Below, piece after piece: positions 1 through 9,009 of a DNA stretch of 64,000 bases (position 1 is the first letter of the stretch; every line of letters starts with the position of its first letter). The notes beneath the pieces are model-generated. The model made no database searches and had not been told where the DNA came from. It was given only the letters and a program-made list of their open reading frames with translations. The stretch comes from an uncultured Helicobacter sp. (GTDB lineage: Bacteria > Campylobacterota > Campylobacteria > Campylobacterales > Helicobacteraceae), in NCBI GenBank assembly GCA_964464895.1, contig CAYXGY010000005.1, positions 15,061 to 79,060 on the forward strand, read 5' to 3'. The position numbers and the translations under genes are program-made.

Positions 1-63
1 TTGGTCTAAAATTTCTGCTGCACTGACACTAAACCTCCCACCCCAAAGTTTTTTGTTTTCCAT
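1..63 (-). CDS. argH: argininosuccinate lyase, first 21 codons only (gene runs off the left edge)
   Basis: Minus-strand ATG at 63 reads MENKKLWGGRFSVSAAEILDQ. LWGGRF is the characteristic ArgH N-terminus. It is absent from the ORF track because there is no stop in the window. Confidence 0.5.
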   Translation of the reverse strand, partial: MENKKLWGGRFSVSAAEILDQ

Positions 64-72
64 TATTTGCCT

Positions 73-501
73 TTAGAAAGGTTTGAGAATTACTAAAATT
101 GAAATTGCGATAATTGCAAGGGTTGGCACTTCATTATAGGCGCGGAAAAATTTGCCACTTTTAAAGCAGCGATTTTCTCTAAAAGCAATCAAAAAATGAT
201 ACAAACTATAATGATAAGCTACCAAGAGCACGATAATAAGAATCTTAGCGTGTAGCCAACCTCCTGTAAGCCAAGAGGGTTCTAATGCGATGAGCCATAT
301 ACCAGAGATGAGAGTGCAAAGAATCGCAGGATAGCCAATGAATTTGAAGAGTTTTTCTTCTTGAATCTTGACAACTTCTACAAACCCAGCATTCTCTAAA
401 TGCTCTGCGTGATACACATACAAGCGCGGGAGATAAAATAGCATCGCCATCCACGATACAAACGCCACAATATGAAAAATCTTCACATATAAATAAGTCA
501 T
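73..501 (-). CDS. hemJ: protoporphyrinogen oxidase HemJ-family membrane protein (UPF0093/CopD-like)
   Basis: The 142-aa polytopic protein starts MTYLYVKIFHIVAFVSWMAMLFYLPRLYVYHAE, which matches the conserved HemJ N-terminus as I recall it. Confidence 0.7.
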   Translation of the reverse strand: MTYLYVKIFHIVAFVSWMAMLFYLPRLYVYHAEHLENAGFVEVVKIQEEKLFKFIGYPAILCTLISGIWLIALEPSWLTGGWLHAKILIIVLLVAYHYSLYHFLIAFRENRCFKSGKFFRAYNEVPTLAIIAISILVILKPF

Positions 502-638
502 AGATTGCCCTTTTTGAAGTTATAAAACTCAAAATTGTAGCAAAACAGACTTAAAGTTGTGCGAAAAATTAATTGTCTTTTTTGTATAATCCACACAAAA
601 CTCTAAAAAAGATTTCTATGGTTAAATGAGGATTTGGT

Positions 639-1310
639 TTGCACGCGTTGTTTTTGAATCTTGATTTTGTTTTTATTAAAAATGCGATTCCGACTTTTAT
701 CAAGGCTTTGTGGCTCACATTGCACTTGTCATTCTTTGGAATCGTATTTTCTGTGATTTTGGGATTCTTGATTGCTTTGGTGCAATACTATAAACTGCGC
801 TTTTTGACTACACTTACGCAAGGTTATATTGAGCTTTCGCGCAATACTCCCTTGCTCATTCAACTTTTCTTTTTGTATTATGGATTGACGCAAGTAGGAT
901 TGAGATTGGAGGGCTATACTTGTGCTCTTTTAGGGGTTGTATTCTTGGGTGGGAGTTATATGGCGGAATCTTTTCGTGCGGGATTGGAATCTGTTGGCAA
1001 GATTCAACTAGAATCGGGGCGGAGTTTGGGGCTTAATGAGCTACAACTCGTGCTTTTTGTCGTGTTGCCTCAAAGTCTAATGGTGAGCCTGCCCTACATT
1101 GGCGCAAATGCGATTTTTTTACTTAAAGAAACTTCGGTAGTGAGTGCGATTGCGCTTGCAGATGTGCTGTATGTAACCAAAGATTTAATCGGTAGTTATT
1201 ACAAAACCAATGAGACTTTATTGCTTCTTGTGCTTTGTTATTTGGTTGTGCTTTTGCCTCTGTCTGTGGCATTTTCGTTGCTAGAACGACATTATAAGCG
1301 GTTTGTTTAG
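639..1310 (+). CDS. amino-acid ABC transporter permease (His/Glu/Gln/Arg family), copy 1
   Basis: 223 aa and multi-TM, with an EAA-like loop (ESFRAGLESVGKIQLESGRSLGL). It is a paralogue of 3133-3786 and lies in an operon with the ATPase at 3801. Confidence 0.85.
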   Translation: MHALFLNLDFVFIKNAIPTFIKALWLTLHLSFFGIVFSVILGFLIALVQYYKLRFLTTLTQGYIELSRNTPLLIQLFFLYYGLTQVGLRLEGYTCALLGVVFLGGSYMAESFRAGLESVGKIQLESGRSLGLNELQLVLFVVLPQSLMVSLPYIGANAIFLLKETSVVSAIALADVLYVTKDLIGSYYKTNETLLLLVLCYLVVLLPLSVAFSLLERHYKRFV

Positions 1311-1318
1311 GGGAAGAT

Positions 1319-2500
1319 ATGGGAAGCGGGCAAAAACAATCTGCAAAAAGCAAAAATAGCATTATGCAATCGGGTCTCAAAAGAAATCTAGGGCAGTTTT
1401 TTAGTCCCAAGATTCTTGTAGAAAAATGTATTTCTTTGATACAAAACAAAAATGGGAGACTTTTAGAGCCAAGTTGTGGGAATTTAGCCTTTAAAGAATG
1501 TTTGAAAGAAAATGCAGTTTTTATTGAGATTGATAAAAGTTTGATAGAGGATAAAAGAGTTTCAAATATGGATTTTTTTGATTATTCTATGGAAGAGAAA
1601 TTTGACACAATTATAGGCAACCCTCCTTATGTGGATAATAAGTTTTTAAACATTACGCACCAAACAAATATCAATGTAGAAGCAAACTTATATCTTTATT
1701 TTATTGAGAAATGCTTTTATCATTTAAAAGAAGGTGGTGAGTTGATTTTTATTGTCCCACGAGATTTTATTAAGCTTACTTCTGCAAGACATACTAATCA
1801 GTTACTTTTGAATAATGGGACGATTACGCATTTCTTTGACTATGGTGATAAAAAACTATTCCGCGAATCTTGTCCCAATGTCTGTATTTTCCGATACGAA
1901 AAAGGTAATTTTTCTTACCAAACCCAAACTTTTAGTGGTAAGAAGCATTTGTTAATTCAAGATGGTATTATTTCCTTTAGCCAAAGTCTCAAGGTAAAAT
2001 CACTCGGGGAACTTTTTGATATAAAAGTAGGAGCAGTTAGTGGTAGAGATGAAGTTTTTATTAGTGAATGTGGAGAGGAGTTTGTCTGCTCACAAACAGC
2101 AAAAACGGGCAAGCTGAAAAAAATGATTTATGAAAGATATGATTTAGAACTTGAAAAATATAAAAAAATTTTGCTAAATCGTGGTATTAAAAAATTTAAT
2201 GAGAAGAATTGGTGGGCTTGGGGGCGTTCGGTAAACTTTAGAGAAAATGAGCCTAGAATTTATGTGAATTGCAAAACAAGAAATAAAAAACCATTTTTCA
2301 TTCACCAATGCAAAAAATGGGACGGCTCTGTTTTGGCACTTTTTCCAAAGATTCCTTTAAATTTGGAAAGAGCGGCAGAGCAATTAAATACATTGAATTG
2401 GGAGCAAATGGGGTTTGTAACAGGGGGTAGATATATTTTTGCTCAAAAATCCTTAAAAGAGGCAATGATAGATGACACAATATTTAGAAAACATTGTTGA
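1319..2500 (+). CDS. N6-adenine DNA methyltransferase, gamma class (Type II R-M, TaqI/Eco57I-like architecture)
   Basis: Motif X-like GQFFSPKILV, motif I LLEPSCGNLAF and motif IV IIGNPPYV occur in that order. Confidence 0.85.
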   Translation: MGSGQKQSAKSKNSIMQSGLKRNLGQFFSPKILVEKCISLIQNKNGRLLEPSCGNLAFKECLKENAVFIEIDKSLIEDKRVSNMDFFDYSMEEKFDTIIGNPPYVDNKFLNITHQTNINVEANLYLYFIEKCFYHLKEGGELIFIVPRDFIKLTSARHTNQLLLNNGTITHFFDYGDKKLFRESCPNVCIFRYEKGNFSYQTQTFSGKKHLLIQDGIISFSQSLKVKSLGELFDIKVGAVSGRDEVFISECGEEFVCSQTAKTGKLKKMIYERYDLELEKYKKILLNRGIKKFNEKNWWAWGRSVNFRENEPRIYVNCKTRNKKPFFIHQCKKWDGSVLALFPKIPLNLERAAEQLNTLNWEQMGFVTGGRYIFAQKSLKEAMIDDTIFRKHC

Positions 2501-3098
2501 TTTTTTGAAAAATCACCCACTTGTATTAAGTAACGAAAATGATGATGGTAGATTGAATTCTGCTACAAATGAAGAAATGATTTTAAAAAAATTGTTTGAA
2601 AAGTTCAAAGAAATCAAAATTCCAAGTATTAGAGAATGGTATGATTTTAGAATCTACGATAAAGAAGAGATTTTTGTTAATATTAAAATTTCAGATTTAA
2701 ACAATGGCTCGGCAGATAACTGCTCATCAAAATTAGGTATGGGTTATGCTTTAAGCGGGGTTAAAAATATGCCTTTGACGTGGGATAAGTTTCATAGTAT
2801 GCTAGTAGACGAATTAAAAATAGGCCATGATTACTACTTTTTAGTAATAAATAAAAATAACACACAAGATTGCTTTTATACATCGCTTAAAAGAATTCAA
2901 ACGCTCGTGCCAAATGGTAATAATTTACCTTTCCAATGTGATTGGTCTAAAAATAGGGAGTTTTCAAATAGGACTGAGATTGAGGCTATGCGGTATATTT
3001 TGGATATTTATATAAAAAGTTGGGATAAAAAGGTCAAGGGATACCCTTTTATGCTAAAAGAAATGCTAGTGAATCATAGAATTTTGGAGACTGAATAA
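2472..3098 (+). CDS. putative Type II restriction endonuclease partner of the 1319-2500 methyltransferase (family not recognised)
   Basis: The 208-aa ORF overlaps the methyltransferase stop by 29 nt on the same strand. I recognise no motif, so the call rests on context only. Confidence 0.4.
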   Translation: MTQYLENIVDFLKNHPLVLSNENDDGRLNSATNEEMILKKLFEKFKEIKIPSIREWYDFRIYDKEEIFVNIKISDLNNGSADNCSSKLGMGYALSGVKNMPLTWDKFHSMLVDELKIGHDYYFLVINKNNTQDCFYTSLKRIQTLVPNGNNLPFQCDWSKNREFSNRTEIEAMRYILDIYIKSWDKKVKGYPFMLKEMLVNHRILETE

Positions 3099-3132
3099 GG
3101 AAATATTAGGTATTTTAAATTAGGAAAAACAG

Positions 3133-3786
3133 ATGGAATTACTTTTTTTGCCTCAAAATATTTTAAGAATTGCGCAAGGGGTGCTAACAACGTTCCAGAT
3201 TGCGCTCATAGCGATTCTATTTTCTTGTCTTTTTGGTTTTATTTTGGGCTATGTGATGACTCTGCGCTCTAGGATTTTGCGTAGCATTTGCAGGCTTTAT
3301 TTGGAATCTATCCGTATTATTCCGATTCTTGCGTGGTTGTTTATCGTTTATTTTGGCTTCTCAAGTCTAATAAATTTAAGTGGAGTGAGTGCGTGTATCT
3401 TGGTTTTTAGCCTTTGGGGAATCGCAGAAATGGGAGATTTGGTGCGGGGAGCAATTTCAAGCTTGCCTCCACATCAAGCACAGAGTGCTAGGGCTTTGGG
3501 CTTGAGTGAATTTGCAGTGCAATATTACATCGTATTTCCGCAGAGCTTCAAACGTCTTTTGCCTAGTCTCGTGAATCTTTTTACAAGAATGATAAAAACA
3601 ACTTCTCTCGCGGCACTGATTGGGGTGAGTGATATGCTAAAAGTCGGGCAACAAATCATTGAAGTGAATCTCATTGCTTATCCGACAGCAAGTTTTTGGG
3701 TCTATGGAGGAATCTTTATGATATACTTTGCCTTGTGCTATCCTCTCTCACTTTGGAGTAGAAATTTAGAAAAGAAATTAACTTAA
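3133..3786 (+). CDS. amino-acid ABC transporter permease, copy 2
   Basis: 217 aa and multi-TM, with an EAA-like loop (GAISSLPPHQAQSARALGLS). Confidence 0.85.
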   Translation: MELLFLPQNILRIAQGVLTTFQIALIAILFSCLFGFILGYVMTLRSRILRSICRLYLESIRIIPILAWLFIVYFGFSSLINLSGVSACILVFSLWGIAEMGDLVRGAISSLPPHQAQSARALGLSEFAVQYYIVFPQSFKRLLPSLVNLFTRMIKTTSLAALIGVSDMLKVGQQIIEVNLIAYPTASFWVYGGIFMIYFALCYPLSLWSRNLEKKLT

Positions 3787-3800
3787 ATTTAAGGAAATAA

Positions 3801-4550
3801 ATGAGCCATCAACCGATTCTTTTGAGGTTAGAAAATATTACCAAAAAATATGGAGAAAATCTCGTCTTGGATTCTGTGAGTTTGAATGTTACAAAGGGTG
3901 AAGTTTGTGCGATTTTGGGACCTAGTGGTTGTGGGAAAAGCACATTTTTGCGATGCATTAATGGCTTAGAATCCATTCAAGGCGGCAAGATTTTTTTTAA
4001 AGATACGCAAATTGGTGGAGAAAATATAAAAGTGCAATGGACGAAGATTCGGCAAAAAATTGGTATGGTGTTTCAAAATTACGAGCTTTTCCCGCATTTA
4101 ACTGTATTAGAGAACATTATTTTAGCACCGATGAAAGTGGAGAATCGCAAGAAAGAAGAGGCGATTTCTCAAGCTCTTGGGTTGCTTAAACGCGTGGGTT
4201 TGGAGCAAAAAAAGAATGTCTATCCCAAAGAATTAAGTGGAGGACAAAAACAACGCGTTGCGATTGTACGTGCTCTTTGTATGAATCCAGAGATTATGCT
4301 TTTTGATGAGGTAACAGCTTCGTTAGACCCAGAAATGGTAAAAGAGGTGTTAGATGTGATTAAAGAGCTAGCAAGTGATGGAATGACAATGCTACTAGTA
4401 ACCCACGAGATGAAATTTGCTCAAAATGTTGCAGATAGAATCGTGTTTTTTGACCACGGTAGAATTGCTGAAATTGCAAGCCCACAAGAGTTTTTTAAGA
4501 ATCCAAGCAGTGAGAGAGCCAAAAAGTTTTTGAGCGTTTTTGAATTTTAG
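3801..4550 (+). CDS. amino-acid ABC transporter ATP-binding protein (GlnQ-like)
   Basis: Walker A GPSGCGKST, signature LSGGQKQRVAI, Walker B MLFDEVTSALD. Confidence 0.9.
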   Translation: MSHQPILLRLENITKKYGENLVLDSVSLNVTKGEVCAILGPSGCGKSTFLRCINGLESIQGGKIFFKDTQIGGENIKVQWTKIRQKIGMVFQNYELFPHLTVLENIILAPMKVENRKKEEAISQALGLLKRVGLEQKKNVYPKELSGGQKQRVAIVRALCMNPEIMLFDEVTASLDPEMVKEVLDVIKELASDGMTMLLVTHEMKFAQNVADRIVFFDHGRIAEIASPQEFFKNPSSERAKKFLSVFEF

Positions 4551-4872
4551 AGATGTGAATATTGCCAAAAACTGCTTCAAAATATTAGAGACAGCAGCAA
4601 GTAATATTTTGTGATTCATTCTCTCTTTTTATCTTTGTGATATGTCAATGGAGTAAATAAAACACGCATTGCTTTGTTTTTCTCGCATTTTTTATTGATT
4701 TGAGATTTAAATCTGCTACCAAATTTTTATATTATTATTGATAAGATAGGGGCAAAATTTATGGTTTTGCATAGTCTTTTTTAGGAAATAAAATGCGCCA
4801 TTTTAACATAATTTACAATGGACAATCCCTTAAAAAACTTGTATAATTGCGAAACTTTATTAAGGAGAGAAA

Positions 4873-4983
4873 ATGAAAAAGCTTTTAGTTTTATTGGGAA
4901 TTTTAGGTTTAATGTTTGCATTTAATGCGTGTAAAGGAAATGACTATCAACACCCTTCCCACCGCAGTGGTCAGACAAAATAA
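4873..4983 (+). CDS. 36-aa mini-lipoprotein candidate (not in ORF track)
   Basis: Reads MKKLLVLLGILGLMFAFNACKGNDYQHPSHRSGQTK: signal peptide plus lipobox (FNAC). AAGGAG sits 4-11 nt upstream of the ATG. An extended -10 (TGTATAAT) lies at 4840-4847. Confidence 0.4.
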   Translation: MKKLLVLLGILGLMFAFNACKGNDYQHPSHRSGQTK

Positions 4984-5084
4984 CTTCAAATAAGACTTTG
5001 GGATTCTGTTACGAGAATCCTTGAAGTTGCAAGACAAATCTTTATAATAATTCTAAAAAATACAAATTAATCATAAAGTAATTG

Positions 5085-5101
5085 TGGAATAAAATTTGCT
5101 T
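5085..5101 (+). promoter_or_regulatory. sigma54 (RpoN) -24/-12 promoter upstream of flgI
   Basis: TGGAATAAAATTTGCTT has GG (5086-87) and GC (5098-99) separated by exactly 10 nt and matches TGGAAC-N5-TTGCTT. The -12 element is 43 nt before the flgI ATG at 5142. Confidence 0.6.
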
Positions 5102-5141
5102 ATCTTTTGATAGTTTAAGCGAGAAAAAGGATATTCAAGCA

Positions 5142-6227
5142 ATGAAACAACTTCATAAGATTCCAATGATTTTGGGCGCATTAATACTCTTTGCCATTCC
5201 CTCTTTGGGCGCAAAAGTGGGTGATTTGGTGAATGTTGTGGGGGTACGTGATAATCAACTCATTGGTTATGGTTTGGTCGTAGGTCTCAATGGAACAGGA
5301 GATAAAACCACCTCTACTTTTACAATGCAATCCATTTCAAATATGTTAGAAAGTGTCAATGTTAAGGTTGATCCTAATGATATTAGCTCAAAAAATGCCG
5401 CGGCAGTAATGGTAACGGCAAAATTACCAGCTTTTGCAAGACAGGGTGATAAGATTGATATTGTTGTCTCTAGTATCGGAGATGCGAAATCTTTAGAAGG
5501 AGGTACTCTTTTGCTTACGCCTCTTAGTGGTTTAGATGGTAGAATCTATGCTGTGGCGCAAGGTGCTGTTGGAATCGGGGGCAAAAGTGAGAGAGGAGGG
5601 AGTGCAAACCATCCCCTAGCAGGTTTGTTACCTAATGGTGCTACGGTGGAGAGAGAAGTAAGCTATGACCTTTATAATAAAACGCACGCAACTTTAAGTT
5701 TGAAAGAATCTAATTTCCAAAATGCAGTGCGCATTCAAACGCGGATTAATGCGACTTTTCCTAATCCGCAAAATACAGAAGAATCCCAACAATCTCCTAT
5801 CGCAACCGCAGTAGATCCTCGCACAATCAAATTGCAACGCCCACAAGAGATGAGTATGGTAGAATTTTTAGCTCGTGTGCAAGAGATTGAAGTAGATACA
5901 ATCAAAGAAGATAGAATCATCATTAATGAGCGCACAGGAACGATTATTGCTGGTATGAGCGTAGAGGTTTCCCCTGTGGTGGTAACGCATAATAATATTA
6001 CAATCAAGGTCAGTAATGAGCCAAACAATGACCCAGAGGCTGTTGATATGGGTAATGGAGCGACCTTTAGTGCGCAAGGCGCAATGGTAACGAGTGAAAA
6101 TAACCCAACAATTTCAAGCGTAACGCGTGCGTTGCAACGTATGGGAGCGACGCCTAAAGATGTGATTGCGATTTTAGAAACAATGAAAAAAGCAGGCGCA
6201 TTTAATGCGGATTTAGAGATTATATAA
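5142..6227 (+). CDS. flgI: flagellar P-ring protein FlgI
   Basis: Signal peptide (MKQLHKIPMILGALILFAIPSLGA) followed by KVGDLVNVVGVRDNQLIGYGLVVGLNGTGD, the canonical FlgI start. I trimmed the start from 5082 because the sigma54 promoter lies inside the longer ORF. Confidence 0.9.
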   Translation: MKQLHKIPMILGALILFAIPSLGAKVGDLVNVVGVRDNQLIGYGLVVGLNGTGDKTTSTFTMQSISNMLESVNVKVDPNDISSKNAAAVMVTAKLPAFARQGDKIDIVVSSIGDAKSLEGGTLLLTPLSGLDGRIYAVAQGAVGIGGKSERGGSANHPLAGLLPNGATVEREVSYDLYNKTHATLSLKESNFQNAVRIQTRINATFPNPQNTEESQQSPIATAVDPRTIKLQRPQEMSMVEFLARVQEIEVDTIKEDRIIINERTGTIIAGMSVEVSPVVVTHNNITIKVSNEPNNDPEAVDMGNGATFSAQGAMVTSENNPTISSVTRALQRMGATPKDVIAILETMKKAGAFNADLEII

Positions 6228-6237
6228 GGAGTTTAAA

Positions 6238-6570
6238 ATGAATTTTGACTTTAATGGAATCGGTGGTGGATATTCTAAAGAGTTATTGGACGCAGCAAAA
6301 TCAATGCCAAATATCATTAAAACCGATGATGATTCAAGACTTAGGGAACAAACTGATGCTTTTGAAGCATTGATTATCAAAAATATGCTTGATACGGCTT
6401 TAAAAATGGACGAATCTCTTTTTCCTAAAGCCCCCGGACACGATATTTATGAGTCTATGTATCGTGATACTTTGGCAGATAGTCTAAGCGGAAGCTTTGG
6501 TTTTAGCGATTTGCTTTATGATTATCTCAAAGATTTACAAGGCAAACAAGGTTTTAAGGGCGAGATGTGA
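6238..6570 (+). CDS. rod-binding protein (FlgJ N-terminal-domain-like)
   Basis: 110 aa, with EQTDAFEALIIKNMLDTALK typical of the rod-binding domain. Position between flgI and flgS is as in Helicobacter. Confidence 0.65.
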   Translation: MNFDFNGIGGGYSKELLDAAKSMPNIIKTDDDSRLREQTDAFEALIIKNMLDTALKMDESLFPKAPGHDIYESMYRDTLADSLSGSFGFSDLLYDYLKDLQGKQGFKGEM

Positions 6571-7586
6571 TAGACCAAAACCTGCTAGAATCTCTAAGTA
6601 GTAGCGATAAGGAATCCTTTGCGAAAGGCTTAAAAGAACTTATCACCCAAACTTATGAGGTAGAAAAAGAGTTTGTGGAGTTAAAAGCTCTTTTTGAAGA
6701 AGTTTTAGATGTTTTGCCAACAGCCGTTTGGGTATTAGAGCAAGAGGGCGAGATTTTTTATCAAAACAGCCTTGCAAGTGAGATTCCAGAATTATTAGAA
6801 AAACTTGATTTATCGCAAAACAATCGGCAAGAAATTGAGTTAGAATCTTTCGGTGAATCCAAAGTTTATTTGGTACAATCCAATCAAAAATTAAACAAAC
6901 TGATTATTTCTGCCACAGATATTACAAGCGAAAAACGTCGTGAAAGGCTTGCTTCAATGGGGCAAATTTCTGCACATTTAGCTCACGAAATCAGGAATCC
7001 TGTAGGTTCTGTGGCTCTCCTTGCTTCTACGCTTGCCAATCGTGTGGAGTTAAAAAACAAGACTCTTGTGCTAGAGATTAAAAAATCTATTTGGAGAGTG
7101 GAACGCATTGTTAAGGCAACGCTGCTATTTTCTAAAGGCGTGCATTGCAATAAGGCAAAAATCAATACCCAAAATATTGAAGACGAATTGAACGAAGCAT
7201 TAGGGTATTATACTTATTCTAAAAATATTAATTTCCTCTTTAACTTTGAATGCGATTCCTTTGAGGCGGATTTTGACTTGCTTTGTATCGTGCTTCAAAA
7301 CTTCTTATTTAATGCAATTGACGCAATAGAAGAAAGCGAAGATGAAAAGGGAGCCATAGAGATTTGTTGCGTCAAAGATTCGCAAAATGCGATTTTTAAG
7401 ATTTATGATAGTGGCAAACCAATCGAGAATCCAGAGATTCTTTTTGAACCCTTTAAAAGCACAAAATTAAAAGGGAATGGTTTAGGGCTAGCATTATCCT
7501 TGCAAATCATTGAGGCACACGGGGGTAGAATCTCTTTAATGGAGGGGGATAGAAAAGGATTTGAAATCATTATCCCACAATCTTAA
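6567..7586 (+). CDS. flgS: cytoplasmic sensor histidine kinase FlgS (partner of FlgR, sigma54 flagellar cascade)
   Basis: H-box SAHLAHEIRNPVGS, N box (LFNAIDAI) and G boxes (DSGKPI, GNGLGLALS). No TM segments. The start overlaps the upstream stop. Confidence 0.75.
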   Translation: MIDQNLLESLSSSDKESFAKGLKELITQTYEVEKEFVELKALFEEVLDVLPTAVWVLEQEGEIFYQNSLASEIPELLEKLDLSQNNRQEIELESFGESKVYLVQSNQKLNKLIISATDITSEKRRERLASMGQISAHLAHEIRNPVGSVALLASTLANRVELKNKTLVLEIKKSIWRVERIVKATLLFSKGVHCNKAKINTQNIEDELNEALGYYTYSKNINFLFNFECDSFEADFDLLCIVLQNFLFNAIDAIEESEDEKGAIEICCVKDSQNAIFKIYDSGKPIENPEILFEPFKSTKLKGNGLGLALSLQIIEAHGGRISLMEGDRKGFEIIIPQS

Positions 7587-7718
7587 GAGAATTTAAACGC
7601 GTAAAATTTGCACACTTTATTGAAAAATTAAATTTTTGTTACATTTTCGCGCGGATATACAATAGGAATTAAGGCTTTTTGAGGTAAAATTCTCTACCAC
7701 ACCAACAAAAGGGCAAAG

Positions 7719-8930
7719 ATGGGCGATAATAATATTCAAAAAATGCAGAATGTAAAGAGTTTGCGTGAAGTCAATGTCAAAGACAAACGCGTTTTGATTC
7801 GTGTAGATTTTAATGTTCCAATGGATAGTGAGTTAAATATTAGCGATGATACAAGAATCCGTGAGGCAATCCCAACAATTAATTACTGCATTGATAATGG
7901 GGCAAAATCCATTATTTTAGTTAGTCACTTAGGGCGTCCAAAAGGCAGAAGCAATGAATTTTCGTTGAAGCATATTTTAAAAAGATTAGAAAGACTTTTG
8001 TCTAAAGATGTTGTTTTTGTGGATCATTTGGACAATGCACAAGTTACCCTAAATACATTAGTTGATGGCAGTATTGTTTTATTGGAAAATATCCGATTCT
8101 ATGAGGGAGAGGAAAAAAACGACCTAGAATTATCACAAAAGCTTGCTAATCTTTGTGATATTTATGTCAATGATGCCTTTGGAACAGCGCACCGCAAGCA
8201 TTCTTCTACTTATGGAATTGCTAATTATGCGAAAGAAAAAGTAGCAGGCTTATTGCTTAAAAAAGAAATTGATTCTTTCGCAATCGCACTCTCAAACCCT
8301 TTGCGCCCTTTATTGCTTATCGTTGGTGGCTCGAAAGTTTCTTCAAAACTCACACTTTTGAAATCTATTTTAGATGTAGTGGATAAAATTATTATTGGTG
8401 GAGCGATGAGCAATACTTTTCTAAAAGCAGTAGGCTATGATATGAAAAATTCCTTGATTGAAGAGAATTTATTAGAGGAAGCACGGAGTATTTTAAGAAA
8501 TGCCAAAGAGAAAGGTGTGAAAATTTATTTGCCTGTAGATGTGGTTTCAACCAATGATTTAAAAGAATCTAAGGAAATCAAAATTAGCCCCGCACAAGAT
8601 ATTCCCGATGGTTTAATGGCAGTAGATATTGGACCTGCAACAGTGAAACTCTTTAATGAGGTAATTCGGGATTGTGAAACGATTATTTGGAATGGACCAT
8701 TGGGTGTTTATGAGAATCAGAAATTTTCTCGGGGGACTTTCAGTATCTCTCATACAATTGCGGATACTTACTCGTATAGCGTGATTGGAGGAGGTGATAC
8801 GGCAGATGCAGTGGATAAAGCAGGGAATAAAGACGGAATGAGTTTCACCTCCACAGGTGGGGGCGCAAGCCTAGAATTGCTTGAAGGTGCAGTATTGCCT
8901 GCATTTGAAGTATTGGATAAGAGAGTGTAA
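7719..8930 (+). CDS. pgk: phosphoglycerate kinase
   Basis: VLIRVDFNVP, HLGRPKG and GGGDTA motifs over 403 aa. Confidence 0.95.
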   Translation: MGDNNIQKMQNVKSLREVNVKDKRVLIRVDFNVPMDSELNISDDTRIREAIPTINYCIDNGAKSIILVSHLGRPKGRSNEFSLKHILKRLERLLSKDVVFVDHLDNAQVTLNTLVDGSIVLLENIRFYEGEEKNDLELSQKLANLCDIYVNDAFGTAHRKHSSTYGIANYAKEKVAGLLLKKEIDSFAIALSNPLRPLLLIVGGSKVSSKLTLLKSILDVVDKIIIGGAMSNTFLKAVGYDMKNSLIEENLLEEARSILRNAKEKGVKIYLPVDVVSTNDLKESKEIKISPAQDIPDGLMAVDIGPATVKLFNEVIRDCETIIWNGPLGVYENQKFSRGTFSISHTIADTYSYSVIGGGDTADAVDKAGNKDGMSFTSTGGGASLELLEGAVLPAFEVLDKRV

Positions 8931-8960
8931 AATGGGAGAACCCCCTACGAAAAGAATGCG

Positions 8961-8987
8961 CTAAAGGAGATTCTAAATCTCCTTTAG
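8961..8987 (+). terminator. hairpin downstream of pgk (11-bp stem, 5-nt loop)
   Basis: CTAAAGGAGAT-tctaa-ATCTCCTTTAG followed by TTGTTG. Confidence 0.5.
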
Positions 8988-9009
8988 TTGTTGAAATTAG
9001 AGGTAGATT

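Noticed and set aside
1290-3135. Flanking target duplication for the R-M unit in the ABC operon, by analogy with the ilvD cassette.
   Set aside because: The junctions (GTTTAGGGGAAGATATGGGA versus AATTAGGAAAAACAGATGGAA) share only a loose RBS-like resemblance. I cannot distinguish this from chance by eye.
5082-5141. Upstream TTG start for flgI given by the ORF track.
   Set aside because: The extension contains the sigma54 -24/-12 element. The ATG at 5142 is preceded by AAGGA and gives a normal signal peptide.
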